A stretch of 63,310 nucleotides of DNA, filler included, from Octopus bimaculoides (Eukaryota), in the NCBI RefSeq assembly GCF_001194135.2. It is 8 parts of 8 records of this genome, joined end to end, with 100 filler letters (N's around TTAATTAATTAA, not from the genome) between each part and the next. Parts side by side here need not be neighbours in the genome. Positions count along the whole stretch, not along the records: positions 28,409 to 37,321 come from NC_068991.1; positions 37,422 to 47,182 come from NW_026363011.1; 6 more parts are not named here. One strand, given 5' to 3'. Both the position numbers and the translations under genes were made by a program. Shown here piece after piece: positions 28,309 through 41,120 of the stretch (positions are counted from its first letter, which is position 1; every line of letters begins with the position of its first letter). The notes below the pieces were generated by a model. That model ran no database searches. It saw nothing but the letters and a program-made list of their open reading frames with translations, and had not been told where the DNA came from.

Positions 28309-29359
28309 NNNNNNNNNNNNNNNNNNNNNNNNNNNNNNNNNNNNNNNNNNNNTTAATTAATTAANNNNNNNNNNNNNNNNNNNNNNNNNNNNNNNNNNNN
28401 NNNNNNNNTATATGCATATTTCCATACATATGTGTACATACCGACATCTATATGTATACATACAAGCATATATGGGTACAGGACATTACAAAAAACATTA
28501 AACACAATGAGAAACGAAAACATAAAAGACGAAGACAGAAAATAAACTTTTTTTTTTTCGAACAACGAAAAAAACAGAGAAACGAGACATGCAACATAAA
28601 GAATATTACCCTTCTTCAGTTGTCCCTGCTCCATCTCCATCAGTTGATAGCCCTCTTTGAAACTCAAATAAGATCCACGATGGGTTCCATATCAAATTTG
28701 TATGCGTCGAGCTAATATGGCTCGATATGTACAAATGTCTTGAGAGCATACAAAAGATGTATATCTTATTTTGATAAAGACTTAACTACTATCACACTAC
28801 AACCTTTGGTCTCATTAATCCACAATTTTCTCTTTATCTCCCTTTTATTTGCAAGTGCAACGACCCATGTTTGTCTTGTTTAGCTTGTTATGCAGCATTT
28901 CTAGTGCAGCTCATTCGGCAATTTCGCTTGTCACTGTTTCATCACCCAACTATATTTCGCAACTTAAAATGCTACTAGACGCTTTTTTACGTTTTTCTTC
29001 TGCAACATACAATTCCCTAAAATTCTTTCCTCGACAAAATATTTCCTACGAATGGCGATTTATTCATGTTCAAGCTGAACTAAAACCGAAAGGATGTCAT
29101 CACATTCGACATCGCCAGTATCTTGGATGGCATAATTCCTTTCATTTAAACAATCCACTTCAGCCAACTTTTCCTTCTCCTTCTCTTCATCCTTCTCTTT
29201 TTCCTCTTACCCCTCATCATGATCTTGCACCAGCACCAACATCACCGACACTACTAGTGCCACCAGCAGTATCACAACTACTACCTACACTACCACAAAT
29301 ACCAAGAGAAGCAGTAACAGTATCAATAACACCACAGACACCAGCACCATCTCGGCCGG

Positions 29360-29385
29360 CATCATCTTCATTATCATCGTCGTCG

Positions 29386-29429
<44 letters not shown>

Positions 29430-29471
29430 GTTGCCGTCGTCATCCTCGTCGTCGTCGTCGTCGTCGTCATC

Positions 29472-29503
<32 letters not shown>

Positions 29504-29565
29504 CATCGTCGTCATTGTCGACGTCTTCATCATCATAATCAATCAACCAATCAATCAATCAATCA
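29360..29565 (+). repeat. (CAT/CGT)n followed by (CAAT)n
   Basis: Direct reading. Confidence 0.95.
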
Positions 29566-30189
29566 AAACAACAAACAGCAAAAAAAAAAAAGTGAATGAG
29601 AGCAAATCAAAGTAGATATCTGCATTAAATGTATCCTAATGTCTTATTTTCAATTTGCTCGGTCACAGGACCACAGTAACAACAACCACGACGACAACAA
29701 CAACAAAAACAAAAGCAACAACACCAGCAAGCACCCCTCCAACAATACCAGTAACTGCAATCACCGCTAACACAAATGATGTTCATACGAAAGAGATGAA
29801 GAGAAATATTACAAGAGAGGTGGTAATTATTTATGTAGCATTATACTGTAAGTTTATGAACTCTAGCTGAATAATGGTACCCCTAACTATGTTGTCACTA
29901 TTCTGGCTAGATGGGGTAGGTTTTAAATCATGCGGGTACATGCTATATTTATGCCTCCCAAACTTTTAACGAGAATATTGACTACATTTTTTCGATTTTT
30001 TTGAAATATTTTTATTTATTACATTAATTGCAATCTTTCCGTTGTCATATTTCCTTCATTTTTATTGTTAATGCACACACACACACACACGAGTGTGTGT
30101 TTATTTATATACATACATACATACATACATACACACATACATACATACATACATACATACATACATACATACGTACATACATACGTACA

Positions 30190-30420
30190 TTCATACACCT
30201 ATATTTTATTTGTTATTTGTTTCCGTCATTGGGTTGCGGCCATGCTAGAGTAAAACCTTAAATGATTTTAGTCGAAAAAAAAAACTTGGAGTTCTTTTAA
30301 TTGTAGTGCTTATTCTATCTATCTGTTTTGCAGAACCGCTAAGTTATTGGGATACAAATAATCCAACACCGGTAGCCAAGTGACGGGTATGTGTCAGACA
30401 CACACACACACACACACATT
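30190..30420 (-). mobile_element. Degenerate SINE-B 3' half; a tail fragment also at 35785-35860
   Basis: tttccgtcattgggttgcggccatgctagag; gaaccgctaagtta; aacaccggt. Confidence 0.6.
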
Positions 30421-31213
30421 GGCATATTAAGTGCTAGTGAAATCACTAGTGGTCACTGTCAAACAAAGGACACAAAACGCTTAAATCGAGGAGAATTAAT
30501 AAATAATTATTACATAGTTTCATGGCAACATATCTGTTTCGGACTTACGAGCTTAGCAAACGAATATAAAACAGAATCATTTAAAGGAATATATACATAT
30601 ATACTTTCACTGTTTGGTTATCACATAGGGAGAGAATGGGGAAAATGCGACTGATAGAATAAAAGCATACCTACATTTGTCTTTCAAGTAACTCGGACTA
30701 ATTATTAATATTGATACTAACGTCAATAAAATTTACTTTTTAGCTATGGCTCGAGATTTCCTTGCTTCTGTCCACCTTTCAGATTCTTAAATCACAGTCA
30801 TTAACTTTCAGATCATTCCACGAATATATATTTCAATGAAACAATAGATTGAAACTGTTTCAAAGAGTATAATACGCTATATTGATTCTGCATGACAGCA
30901 TTCATACACATAGGAACAGGAAAGAAGTATAAACGTTACATGGTATAACACTGTTTACATCAGCCGTAGTTGATTCAAAGGTTAGACCCTTCATCAACTT
31001 TCTTAGAAAACATTTCACACACAGCATATATACCACACAATGTTTATAAGAATATCATAGAAATAGCTAATTCTACCCAGTTTTGCACAGAGCCGAACTT
31101 ATCAAGTGTATAAAAGTCTTACTCTGCATACAACAGCACCTATAACCAAAAGCTTGGCGTAAGCATGAATTGACATCGCATAAACCCTCACATTTGCAGT
31201 TCAGACTCTAAAT

Positions 31214-34168
31214 CAGTGTTTCCTAAACTTTTCGCGCCAGATTGCAATATCGCCCACCTATCGGCCAAAAACTGCTCCATCGCCCACCTGTGTAAAGAAA
31301 CCCTGGACACAACCCCCCAACACAAAATCCTTTAGGAAACCCCCTCCCCACCTTGTATCACCTCCCTGTTAGTGCCGTTTGGACTAAATATGTGGTTGTT
31401 TAACAATTCCTTATTTTGGGTTTAGTTTTGCTATTAGTGTGGATAAAATTCTAACGTTAACTCCATATTATGCAGACAGATTAACTTCTGGAAACTTGCG
31501 CTTTCTTTGACACTGATTTTCATTTTCCCGAAATGAACCCTTGATCAGAACTAACGATGCAAAAATTGTTAATGATTGTATTATAAAGGAAAAGAATAAA
31601 AGTTTTTAATAAGAACCATGTGTCTGGTGTGATGCAGCTAGTGCAGATATATTCGGTTTTTAATTTGTCCACTTTAGCTGAAAGTCTCCTCGTTGTGGGA
31701 AAATAAAGTTGTTCCAACATGGTTAAAACCAGATTCAACTAGGTATAAGGTAGGGAAAGCAAGCAAAACTAATTTCAATTGTATCCACAGATTGGGGTAG
31801 GAATTCAATATACTCTGATGGTACCACAAACCTTCCTTGCCATTACGGCGATATCGCATTGTGGCATCATTGTCATTTTGTAATTCTATCAATTCCTCCT
31901 GAACGTCATCCTCGCAATCGACTGCATCGACCTCAAACGGATTGCTATACTAATTTGGAATATTCAGCGCAATAAAATCTTGAAATCGCTCCACCATGTT
32001 ATCGTGCAATGATTGAAAATAGTTACAATATGTAGTTAAATCCTCATCAACCGATTCATCTTTCAAAGAATCAAGTTGTGGAAATTGATGGAATTGACGT
32101 TTTGAATTGTTAGTCTTATACAACACCAATTTCGAAATGAAGGTAGTGATAAATGATTTACAATCAACGGGAGTTTTTCTGTTTCCTTGCAATAACTTAT
32201 TCAAATCATTTAATTTTGTGAATATATCATAAAGAAAAACATATCGCACCTTGCAGCCATCAATCAAGCAGATAATGGAATATCTTCAAAGAAAGATATG
32301 ATTTATGAAACAGTTCAATAAAGCGTAAAACACAATTTCCTTTTGACTGCCACTGCACTTCGGTATGGTATAAGAGTTTAGTATCGTCCACATCATTTTT
32401 CGGACAGAGTTGACGGAAAATTAGATCAGACAAGGGCCTGGACTTCAATTTGTTTACAGTCTTAATAACTAACTGTAGCGCATCATTCAATCTACTATTC
32501 ATATTTATTGCCACTAAATGTTGCCGGTCTGCCAAGCAATGAACAGTTAGTATCTGGTGGGAAATTTCACGTTTTAGGAGAGATGAAAAACCTCTGTATC
32601 TTCCTATCATCGAAGGAGCTCCATCAGACGCACAGGCAAGAATATTACTGAGTGGGAAATTATGTTCAAAAAGGAGAGACTTGAGAGTTTGAAAAATAGT
32701 TGCATCTTATGAATCAAGCAGCAATTTCTCTGTGAACGGCATTTCCTCACGAGGTTGAAGGTCTTCGCTGAAATACCGAACATACACTATTATCAAACAT
32801 TGATTGTCCACAACAGTTGACTCATCCACTTGTACAGAAAATTCAGAACGCTGGAGAATATCGATGGGCTGATGTTTGACATCGNNNNNNNNNNNNNNNN
32901 NNNNNNNNNNNNNNNNNNNNNNNNNNNNNNNNNNNNNNNNNNNNNNNNNNNNNNNNNNNNNNNNNNNNNNNNNNNNNNNNNNNNNNNNNNNNNNNNNNNN
33001 NNNNNNNNNNNNNNNNNNNNNNNNNNNNNNNNNNNNNNNNNNNNNNNNNNNNNNNNNNNNNNNNNNNNNNNNNNNNNNNNNNNNNNNNNNNNNNNNNNNN
33101 NNNNNNNNNNNNNNNNNNNNNNNNNNNNNNNNNNNNNNNNNNNNNNNNNNNNNNNNNNNNNNNNNNNNNNNNNNNNNNNNNNNNNNNNNNNNNNNNNNNN
33201 NNNNNNNNNNNNNNNNNNNNNNNNNNNNNNNNNNNNNNNNNNNNNNNNNNNNNNNNNNNNNNNNNNNNNNNNNNNNNNNNNNNNNNNNNNNNNNNNNNNN
33301 NNNNNNNNNNNNNNNNNNNNNNNNNNNNNNNNNNNNNNNNNGTCAGAAAGTCATTCTGGTCTTCCCAAAGAGAAGTCAATAGAGCAGAGTCGGATGACAC
33401 CTCTTTCCTTGAGTAAATAAGGATCTAGTTCGTTTGGCTGCCAGCATTTCAAAAATTAAAATTTGTCGAAAATTTTAAAATTTGGCACATTAATGTACCT
33501 TTCCGAGCTAAATTGCTGGAGTTATTCAACTTTTTCCAGAAAAATGCTTTTAAAAAGTTATAGAGGTTTAAAATTTGACCATTTTCACCCAGTCAAGAAA
33601 TACGATTTCAAAGCTGTCATTTTGTGTGTGACTGCACATTTTCTCAACATCCTGAAAATAGCACTTGTGTTTTGATATGAAACCACAGAATTACGCACGA
33701 CATATAACCGCTCACAACTTCTTTTCATTTTTCAGAGTTTTCAGAAAAGTTTTACGAATTTGAATTCTGTGCGCGAGACTTCATACGATTATGCAAAAGA
33801 AAAAAAAATTGTGGTGGAGTGTGATTTAAGGCCTAGGCTTATTTGGCTACTATTTTTAGCACACATGATAACCATCTCAATGATTGCGGCAAAAATATTC
33901 GATTGATAAACAAGTCCACTTTTTTAACACAAAGGGGCGGGTCTCATGCGAGTAGTCAAATCAATAGAAGTGCATCCTTATTCTTGGCATGCCTAGATAT
34001 CAGTAAATGCAGACTTAATTTCTTAAAATTCATTGTCACCCACAAAATGTTAATATATTGCCAACCAAAATCTCAAATCGCCCACCATTTTCTAAAATTC
34101 TCCCATCACCCACCTCTCAATTGAAATCGCCCACCGATGGGTGATGTCGCCCACTTTAGGAAGCTATG
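31214..34168 (-). mobile_element. hAT (Buster/Charlie-type) DNA transposon with decayed transposase
   Basis: Perfect 8-bp TSD CTCTAAAT (31206-31213 and 34169-34176) with central TA. Imperfect TIRs CAGTGTTTCCTAAACT vs CATAGCTTCCTAAAGT. Minus-strand ORF pieces include HCLADRQHL...VNKLKSRPL...LLYHTEVQWQSKG (ZBED5/ZBED8-like DDE core) and FPTLYLVESGF. Frameshifted; N gap at 32885-33341. Confidence 0.9.
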
Positions 34169-35664
34169 CTCTAAATGCTTAGAAAGTGTTAAAATTATCA
34201 ATACAATGTTTTCGCCAGTAGGTCAATCACATTTATATAGAATTAACTTGTAGTCCATTTAAATTATGCTATAAAAACTACTCCCACACATTTACTGTCC
34301 CAAATAGAAAACTGGAACGTCACTCTCCAAATATACTTACGAAGTCAAAAGAGAGAAATGCTTACCACTTATTCATATGGAGCGCAGTTTCGAAAGCTAT
34401 TTCTTACAGCAGTAACAAGAAACTCTAATTTATGCACCATAGAAAGTTTAGCTATCTCTTGTTTTATCTAATTGAATTTATTGAATCTACTCTCATTAAA
34501 TTTTAAAATTATAAGTATCGTATTATGTTGTAAACTTATTTTCATTTTTCTGTTTCCTTTGAATATTTTATTAGATTTTAGATTTCCTTTAAAAATATAC
34601 TTCATTTTAACTTTTCCTCAAAATGTATTCATATAATTAGAATTTTTCTCACTCACACTATTATCCTCTCATTGAAATGATGGGATATTTCAAATAGAAA
34701 CTTTTCATTTTTCTCTTCGCGTATCTACTTTACTATTCTCTCTTCTCTTCTTCCCTTATTCTAACCAAGGATACTAATACACTCAGTATTTTTATTTTCA
34801 TTCTTATTTACATCAACTGTATTATTTTGAAAAATTATCTATACCTCTAATATTTCGTCCATCCTCTCTTGCAAGTGATTTCCATTCTCTTATTTATTGC
34901 AACTTATATGCAACTGTTTATTAATTAACTCTGAAATCTACTTTTAACATAATTTTGATTGTTTTCCTTTCTAACCTATATGACTATATATGCGTATAGT
35001 CCTCTTCTATTCAGCGCCAACACTTCAAAGGATTTTTTCTAATTACATCGATTAACGTGTTTATACTCTCATAAACGCTAGATCTCCATAAATTTTATAA
35101 ATTTTCCTGTTAATATTTTCACTATTTTTATTGTTACAACCATTAGTATATTTATTTAGTCAACGACCTTTCTTCTCTAATGTACTACTAACAATTTACC
35201 ACTAATGCTTAAACATTTTCATATATTTTAGCTATTGTCCCTAAAGATATTTGCTTCTTTTTCCTCTATTCTCTTTTGCTTCTTTATTTTCCTTCGTCAT
35301 TTTCTACATCCTCCCCTGTTTACAAAACTTAGTTTCTTTCCTTCTTCCTTTGTCTACCTCTCCATCTCTATACTTCTCACATAAAATCAACTTCATTTCA
35401 AATTTCATTCTTGCAATACTTTATGTCCCTAGTAACTCTCTTTCTTCAATTGCCTTCTGTCTATTCCTTTCTTTCACTCTCCCTCCCTTTTTCTCCCTTT
35501 CTATCTATTCTCCTTTTCAATAAACTTTTCTAACGGTAAGTATTATGATTCTATCTTCCTATAAATAATGTCTATTATACAGCCGTTTTATATATTCTCC
35601 AGAATGAAACATAATGCATCTTGTGAAGAAAATATCCAAAGATTAAATAATGTGCACACACGCA

Positions 35665-35699
<35 letters not shown>

Positions 35700-35739
35700 C
35701 ACATATACATATGTGCGTTTGTGTGTGTGTGTGCGTGTG

Positions 35740-35787
<48 letters not shown>

Positions 35788-36129
35788 TCTTTTACTTGTT
35801 TCAGTCATTACACTGAAGCCATACTAGGACACTACCTTCGGGAATTGTTAGCCTAATGAAGCGTCCAAACTCCTTATTTGTGAGTTAACAAGGCTACCAT
35901 TGGTTTCATGTAGTGAGAAATCTTTCTACATTTATCAAGTCTGTTACATGGAAACTCTGGTACTCGTCTCCCCCTTAAGTGAGAATACACGAAGCTACAC
36001 GAGACTGGATGTCATATCATATCCTTTCGGTAATATCTTTTAACCACCAAGTGTGGAAGCGCATCCCTTGACCAAGTTTGCTTACACGAGGATGCTAACA
36101 TCATAAGACTTGCAAGGCAGCACCTTGAG

Positions 36130-37185
36130 CAGCATTCTTGTCTGATAACCTTAAATACATGGTCAAAGAGTTCGCATGACTCTGTTGCAACTTATCATTA
36201 GATGAAAGGATGAGTAGAAGACCATGCATGGATATGTTAATAGAAAGTCCCAAGATGATAGTAACATTGATCATCAAAGCAGTCTATCATGGACCAAAAA
36301 CCGGATTACTACCTCCCATTTTGAAGGGTATGCGTTTGCCATCCAGGAACAGGAAATATCAACTAAATATCTGATAAAAGGGACAGAAATGCAGGAAAAG
36401 CTATAAAATGTGACAACCGATGCAGACTTTGTGGAGTTAACACCGAAGATATCACCCACATCATAAGCAGTTGTCCGAAAATGTCATCACAGTATTATCT
36501 ACAAATGTTGTAGCTAGGATATTGTATGACGAGAACCGTCGAAAGGATAACATCGAGGACAAAGAAATAAGAACTCACAATATGGTGGAAGCCATAACCA
36601 CTCATAATAAAAAGGTGTACTGGTGGAATGTCCCAGTGAAAAACTCAATGAAATGTAAACGCAATAGACCTGATATAATGATTTGGGATAGAGAAGAGAA
36701 ACTGTTTACAGTTGTGGAAATCAGTTGCCTTGCGGATGCTAACATAAAGTTGAAGATCAGCGAAAAATAAAATACTTACGTTGAACTATTGAGAAATCTG
36801 CAGTTACTCTATTACAAGTTCAGGTTCATACCTGTTATTAATTAGTGAGGCACTGGCATATGTAACACACTGCCTAAATACCAATCTACATACCAATCAG
36901 AAAGGAGAAAGCTGATCCGAAGACAACAAATTCAATTCATCACTGGAACTGTAAAAATCTGTAAAACTTTCCAGACGTTTATCATTTAAGTCTTTATGAG
37001 CATGTCAAGATATGTAAGTATATGCACGAGAAGACATACATAAAACAAAACATACAAATCTGCAGGTATACAGAAATACATGCAAATATACCCTGTTGCT
37101 GATGTTGAAATTCCAATGAAAGAGCCTTGGATCTATGTTAGAAACAGGCTCTTCCTCTATTGGCAACAAATCTTGAAGAATGACG
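36130..37185 (+). mobile_element. Second RLE-LINE lineage, 3' fragment ending in (TACA)n
   Basis: MHGY, FAIQEQEISTKYL, CRLCGV.TEDITHII.SC, YWWNVPVK.S.KCK.NRPDIMIWD...VVEISC.AD, ITGTVKICKTF; the UTR runs into (TACA)n at about 37186. Confidence 0.85.
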
Positions 37186-37285
37186 TACATACATACATAC
37201 ATACATACATACATACATACATACAAGCATGCATACATACATACATGCATGCATACATACATACATACATATATACATACATAGG

Positions 37286-37321
<36 letters not shown>

Positions 37322-37433
37322 NNNNNNNNNNNNNNNNNNNNNNNNNNNNNNNNNNNNNNNNNNNNTTAATTAATTAANNNNNNNNNNNNNNNNNNNNNNN
37401 NNNNNNNNNNNNNNNNNNNNNGCTCTCTCACTC

Positions 37434-37484
<51 letters not shown>

Positions 37485-37489
37485 CATCA

Positions 37490-37930
37490 TCTTTTCTAGT
37501 AACGGCATAAGGCCTGAATATTAGTGGTGAGGGGACTAGTTGATTCTATCCACCCCAGTGTTTCACTGGTACTCAATTTATCAACCCTGAATAGATAAAA
37601 GGCAAAGTCGGACTCGGCGGAATTTGAACTCAGAAAGTAGCGGCTGACGAAATACCGCTAAAAACCTCGCCCTGTGTGCTATTACGATTCTGCCTGCCTG
37701 CCTGCCGCTTAATAATAATCTTTTCTATTCTAGGCACAAGGCCTGAAATTCGGTGGGAGGCGGGGCAGTCGATTAGATCGACACCAGTACGCAACTGGTT
37801 ACTAAATTTATCGACCTCGAAAGGATGAAAGGTAGTCGACCTCGGCGGAATTTGAACTCAGAATATGGAGAACGAAATACTGTTGGGCATTTTGCGCGTC
37901 GCGCTAGCGATTTTGCCTGGTCACCGTCTT
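37490..37930 (-). mobile_element. Two tandem SINE-A (tail ii) copies inside (AAT)n
   Basis: 37490-37710 and 37720-37930, separated and flanked by aataat repeats. Confidence 0.8.
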
Positions 37931-37946
37931 AATAATGATAATGATG

Positions 37947-38018
<72 letters not shown>

Positions 38019-38052
38019 NNNNNNNNNNNNNNNNNNNNNNNNNNTAATAATG

Positions 38053-38121
<69 letters not shown>

Positions 38122-38145
38122 GTAATAATAGTAATAATAATTATG

Positions 38146-38193
<48 letters not shown>

Positions 38194-38220
38194 GTAATAA
38201 TAATAATTATGATAATAATA

Positions 38221-38256
<36 letters not shown>

Positions 38257-38274
38257 GTAATAATAATAATAATA

Positions 38275-38312
<38 letters not shown>

Positions 38313-38336
38313 CATAATAATAATAATAATAATAAT
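37931..38336 (+). repeat. Imperfect (AAT)n tract with a gap
   Basis: Direct reading. Confidence 0.95.
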
Positions 38337-40330
38337 TTTGATTTCATTTATTTGCCACAAGGGTGAAGAATGAGGAGAACAATACAAAGATAGCCTTAAA
38401 TTGTTGCGGTTTACATAAAATAAAATGATAAAAAAGGAAAGAACGAAAGGAAGTAAGTAAGCATGGTATACGCTGGAAAATAAGGGACATATGCATAGCA
38501 TACAAGGATTAAAAAAAGCTGTGGGAAGGATGATAGAGATGTGGCCCTCTTGATAGAGGAAAACCTCTAGGGATAATCGAGGAACCCCACTGTCCGAGAT
38601 TTCTCTGAAACCCTAAAGCAAGTGCTCTCTCAAATTCCTTTTCTCCGACTCACAGGTCTACACTTAGAGAAGTACCATTCACTCTTGCCATTTTTGCAAC
38701 TTCCACGCATCTTTCAATTGACTCTCTCGAGAACAGCACTTCTCGCTCCATTCACAATTTCCTTTTCGAGTGAGACTTGAAAAAGTCAATGATAACTCTA
38801 CCAAAGTGGAATGTATCTGTTCTCATGCCTTTCCACCTTGTCCACTAAACCTCATTCGCCACAACCATCAGGCGAAGGAAAACTGCTTTGCCTGCTCGAT
38901 TGAAGAAGGGTGGCGCTGCAATCATCACTACAGACTCGTCTGACAGACGGATCCGTTCGACAAGTGACAGCAGCTGTGCAACATAACCCCATAAGTCAGC
39001 AATGCCTGGACACTGAACGATGGCGTGCAGAACGGTTTCGTCACTTTGCTTGCACCTCGGACAGGTCCGTCTGACAGCATATCTGTGCCTGTAAAGTGAT
39101 ACCGGTAGCACCCACCGGTAGCACCCACCGGTAGCACTGCTAGACCAAGGAGATCTGGAAATTATCCATGATAGGTCCTGACCGAAAAGTCCTCTGGAAC
39201 AGATTAGCTAGTTCGTTCTCGTCGGCGCCCAGTGTTTCCCCGAGAACGTTATCGCAATTCACCGCTACTAATTCTCTATAAATTTCGAAAGCAGAACATC
39301 CACCGATGTCGTTGTCCGACTGGTCGTGGGTTGTGAGCGCCTGAGATATTCTAGGTACCATGTTCCAATCTCGGTCTTTTCTTAACCCAGAACTGTAGCT
39401 CCGTCAAAGAGACGAGCTGCGGAAAGACGAGACTGACAAACGGAGCCCACACACGTCCAGAAATCGTTGCAAGTGGTGTAACCTTAGAGCGTGTCTACGC
39501 ATTAGGAGAACGGCAGCCAAGTATTGGAGTTCGACCCTATCAAAAGCTTTAGACAGATCGAAATTGATCAGGGCCACACCTATGCCAGGTTCCTCACCGG
39601 TCCTTTCTATGATATATCTCTCAAGATGGAGGTCTTCGTGAGTGGATCTGCTTGGGTTTGCAAATGTTTGCGCATCACCAATCAGTTCCTCGACAAGCGC
39701 CACCCTCTTTCCTAACACCTTGGCCAAAATTTTTAAGTCTACGCTCAGCAGTGTTACAGGCATAAAACTTTCTATTTGGTCGCCGCCTTGTTTTGGTCCT
39801 TTCTTAGCAGTGCCACCACTCCTCGACTTACAGTATTGGAAATTCTCTGCTGCCAGTTGTGGGAGTTATTTACTAAAAGGTCATCAAACAAATCTCGTAT
39901 ATAAAAGTAAATCTCAGAAAGCAGACCATCCAAACCAGGTGATTTGCCCCACGTGCAACTCGTCATCGAAACCACGGCTCTTATCGGAGAGTTGTGGCAT
40001 GCCGTCGAGCGTCCGCTCTGCCCTTCATCCCAAACAGTTTGGCAAAGTGCTGCCGAAATGCCGCACACATTTACTAGGGCTGAAGTATCAAGCGCGCACA
40101 TTTTGGTCTACCGAAGACGGAACTGTTGCTTTGTTTCCACCACGTTACACTTCTGTCACTCGGGGCCCATCGAGCGGTTTTCGTTCCTTCTTGTCTTAGA
40201 ACATGCACCTTAACTCTGACAATGCAGCCTTTGCATTTAGCGTTGAAGAATTGGTCTAGAGCCAAATCTAGCGGCTAGTATGTCAGTTGCAATGCTTTTC
40301 CTAAGTGCCTCTTCTAAGTTTCTGACCAAA
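38337..40330 (-). mobile_element. Tx1/L1-clade LINE, 3' part with internal deletion, 3' UTR and (ATT)n tail
   Basis: PVTLLSVDLKILAKVLGKR...SKAFDRVE (RT), CPRCKQSDETVLHAIVQC (CCHC/zf-RVT), ORF end ...RVNGTSLSVDL* at about 38650, then about 310 nt UTR ending CCCTTGTGGCAAATAAATGAAATC next to (ATT)n. Confidence 0.85.
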
Positions 40331-41120
40331 TTCCTTTCTATTTAATTACTTTCTATCACTAATACCTTACTAAACCTCACTGATTCTACTCTAATTGTTT
40401 TTTTTTTTAGGGAAAACCACTATTTGTTGTTGATGATTGCCCTCGTCAATGCCTTCTAACTAATTCTCTAATCCGATCTCTCTCATCTAAGCCTATGTGG
40501 GTCGATTGTACAAATCACAAATTTGTTGTCCGTGTTGTCGACCAGTTTGAAAAGTGGACAACTTATACTATTTTTACCTATTGTCCTACAAAATACCCTG
40601 TCTAAATGCAGGTGTGAATGAGACTGGAACTGATAACAGTGAATATCTGTTACCTGGCAGGTTAGGCCCAGTCGTCATCTAGTGACTGCAATATGAAAGG
40701 AAGGAGAAAAGATGGAATGCAGCTTTGATTGAATGTTATGTTCGAAGTGAACCTAGCAGGTTTGGCTACGTTGGACAGAATGAGAGAGATATGGTTTAAA
40801 AAGGGAACGTGTGATGTAACCAAGGAAGACATAAGAATGAAATGCTGGTTAACCGAAGTAGAAATCGAAGAAATCAAATACAGAATATATTAGATGGAAA
40901 ATAGCAAGGTAAGACAGGAAGACATCAATGACACTGAAATAAGAGAGATGGAGGTTCAACAGCAACAACAACAGCAACAACAATATCATTGGCTTCAAAT
41001 TTTTGCACAATGCCAGCAATTTCGAAGATAGAGGAGTAAGTGGATTACGTCATCTCTAGTTTTCTTAGTTATCTTAACGTAGAAGTAAAAAGAAAAAAAC
41101 AACACAACAACTTCACTTAC

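Noticed and set aside
28849-29558. Ser/Thr-rich and Asp-rich ORFs
   Set aside because: Driven by CAT/CGT/CAC repeats; no splice signals or recognisable domain.
30960-31000. Second hammerhead-like string on the minus strand (UUGAUGA-AGGG...CCUU-UGAAU)
   Set aside because: Both core boxes are mutated and there is no convincing stem I or III.
34180-35525. Long pyrimidine-rich stretch
   Set aside because: May be an ancient minus-strand LINE, but no motif could be recovered with confidence.
40596-40666. Splice-like signals on both strands
   Set aside because: The short candidate exons neither continue the 41 kb exon in phase 1 nor resemble GLDC.
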